NCBI GenBank assembly: GCA_973895155.1 | Contig: OZ316894.1 | Coordinates: 25,480,709 to 25,544,708 of the forward strand | Direction: 5' to 3' | Length of the DNA: 64,000 nucleotides | DNA from: Marsupella aquatica | Taxonomy: Eukaryota > Plantae > Marchantiophyta | Shown here: one piece after another, positions 63,024 through 64,000 of the stretch | Layout: each line of letters opens with the position of its first letter | Numbering within the stretch: position 1 is the first letter of the stretch | Made by a program: the position numbers and the translations under genes | The notes under the pieces: model-generated | Databases searched by the model: none | What the model saw: the letters and a program-made list of their open reading frames with translations, nothing else | What the model was told of the DNA's origin: nothing

Positions 63024-63947
63024 ATGAGTTGGCGTACATGGCATTCTCGAATTTCCGGCGTCCCTTTGCTCCTGCTCCTGATTCTCTCGGGGTCGGCATT
63101 TGTGCTCGGGCTTGTCACTTCAATCTTCGTTCGGGAGGCTTTCCAGTTGCGCTTTTCAGGCCCGGACAGATATGCTGATCCTCACTTCAGCCTACTTCCG
63201 GTGGATTTGGTCACCTTCCAAGACAACTGCTTGACAGATAGGGAAGAAGTCTCTGGCGAGAGAGTGAGGCAGCTCATTCTCGACAAAGTCTTTGATGGGA
63301 TCAGTCCGTTCGATGGCTTCCCGTCGAACGAGACCGCGCCGCTTCTTCGGAAGCAACGGATCAAAGGATGGGGTGCCAACGCCACCGTTTTCGAGAGGCT
63401 GATGAGGGAGGTGCGCCCCACTGTAATCGTGGAGCTCGGGTCGTTTCTCGGCGCGTCGGCCCTGCATATGGGCAAGACCGCTCGGAAGCTCACCTTGGAA
63501 CCGATCATACTCTGCGTGGACGACTTCCGTGGGTGGCCGGGCTTCCGCGACAAAAAATTCAAGGACATTAAGATTCACAACGGTGAGAACTTGCTGTACC
63601 ACCAGTTTTTGAAGAACATCCAGTTCATGAACTTCACGGACCTCATTCTTCCCGTGCCATACTCGACGGCTGCGGCGCTGTTGGCGTTCTGCGAGTGGGG
63701 CATTCGCCCGGATTTAATCGAGGTCGATGCGGCTCACAACTTTCATTCCACTTGGATAGATCTGAACTTAGCACATGCGATTCTGAAGCCTGGAGGGGTG
63801 ATGTTCGGCCACGACTACTTCAACCGCGGCAATGGTGAAGGCGTTCGCAGAGCTGTGGACATCTTTGCCAGGCTCAAGAATCTCAAAGTTGAGCCCGACG
63901 GTCAGCATTGGATTCTCCGAAACAGCAGCTACATTTTCCCGGAGTAG
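63024..63947 (+). CDS. Class I SAM-dependent methyltransferase (Methyltransf_24-like) with an N-terminal signal anchor, intronless
   Basis: Hydrophobic segment VPLLLLLILSGSAFVLGLVTSIFV; motif I IVELGSFLGAS; ILCVDDFRGW; DLIEVDAAH; LKPGGVMFGHDY. 307-aa ORF with ATG and TAG. Confidence 0.9.
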   Translation: MSWRTWHSRISGVPLLLLLILSGSAFVLGLVTSIFVREAFQLRFSGPDRYADPHFSLLPVDLVTFQDNCLTDREEVSGERVRQLILDKVFDGISPFDGFPSNETAPLLRKQRIKGWGANATVFERLMREVRPTVIVELGSFLGASALHMGKTARKLTLEPIILCVDDFRGWPGFRDKKFKDIKIHNGENLLYHQFLKNIQFMNFTDLILPVPYSTAAALLAFCEWGIRPDLIEVDAAHNFHSTWIDLNLAHAILKPGGVMFGHDYFNRGNGEGVRRAVDIFARLKNLKVEPDGQHWILRNSSYIFPE

Positions 63948-64000
63948 TCCTCTGGTTTCCTTCGATCAAAGCGTGGTCACCATTAAATGACGAGATTCTA

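Overview
This is land-plant nuclear DNA with spliceosomal GT-AG introns. A non-seed plant such as a liverwort is plausible but is only an inference. Five apparently intact genes are present: the 3' part of a class VIII myosin (+, 1-5579), TRAPP subunit BET5/TRAPPC1 (+, 9992-11502), a single-finger QALGGH C2H2 repressor (-, 34618-36753), TAF11 (-, 55481-57545) and an intronless membrane-anchored SAM methyltransferase (+, 63024-63947). A heavily frameshifted, intron-containing pseudogene of NSRP1/CCDC55 (-, about 51066-54013) appears only as fragments in the ORF track. The intergenic DNA records many transposition events: several copia-type solo LTRs with 5-bp TSDs, and Tc1/mariner, PIF/Harbinger and hAT/MULE-type non-autonomous elements. 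A nested cluster at 17.07-26.04 kb consists of two inverted ~1.5-kb LTR-like copies that serve as each other's empty-site controls. The most unusual object lies inside the left copy: a 4.9-kb insertion (18257-23182) with LTR-like termini and a 5-bp TSD. It has no gag/pol/transposase and no internal LTR pair that I could see, and it carries a decayed long ORF with a plant-mobile-domain-like region plus a coiled coil. It is a candidate giant protein-coding solo LTR. All calls were made by eye from the sequence; no database searches were run.
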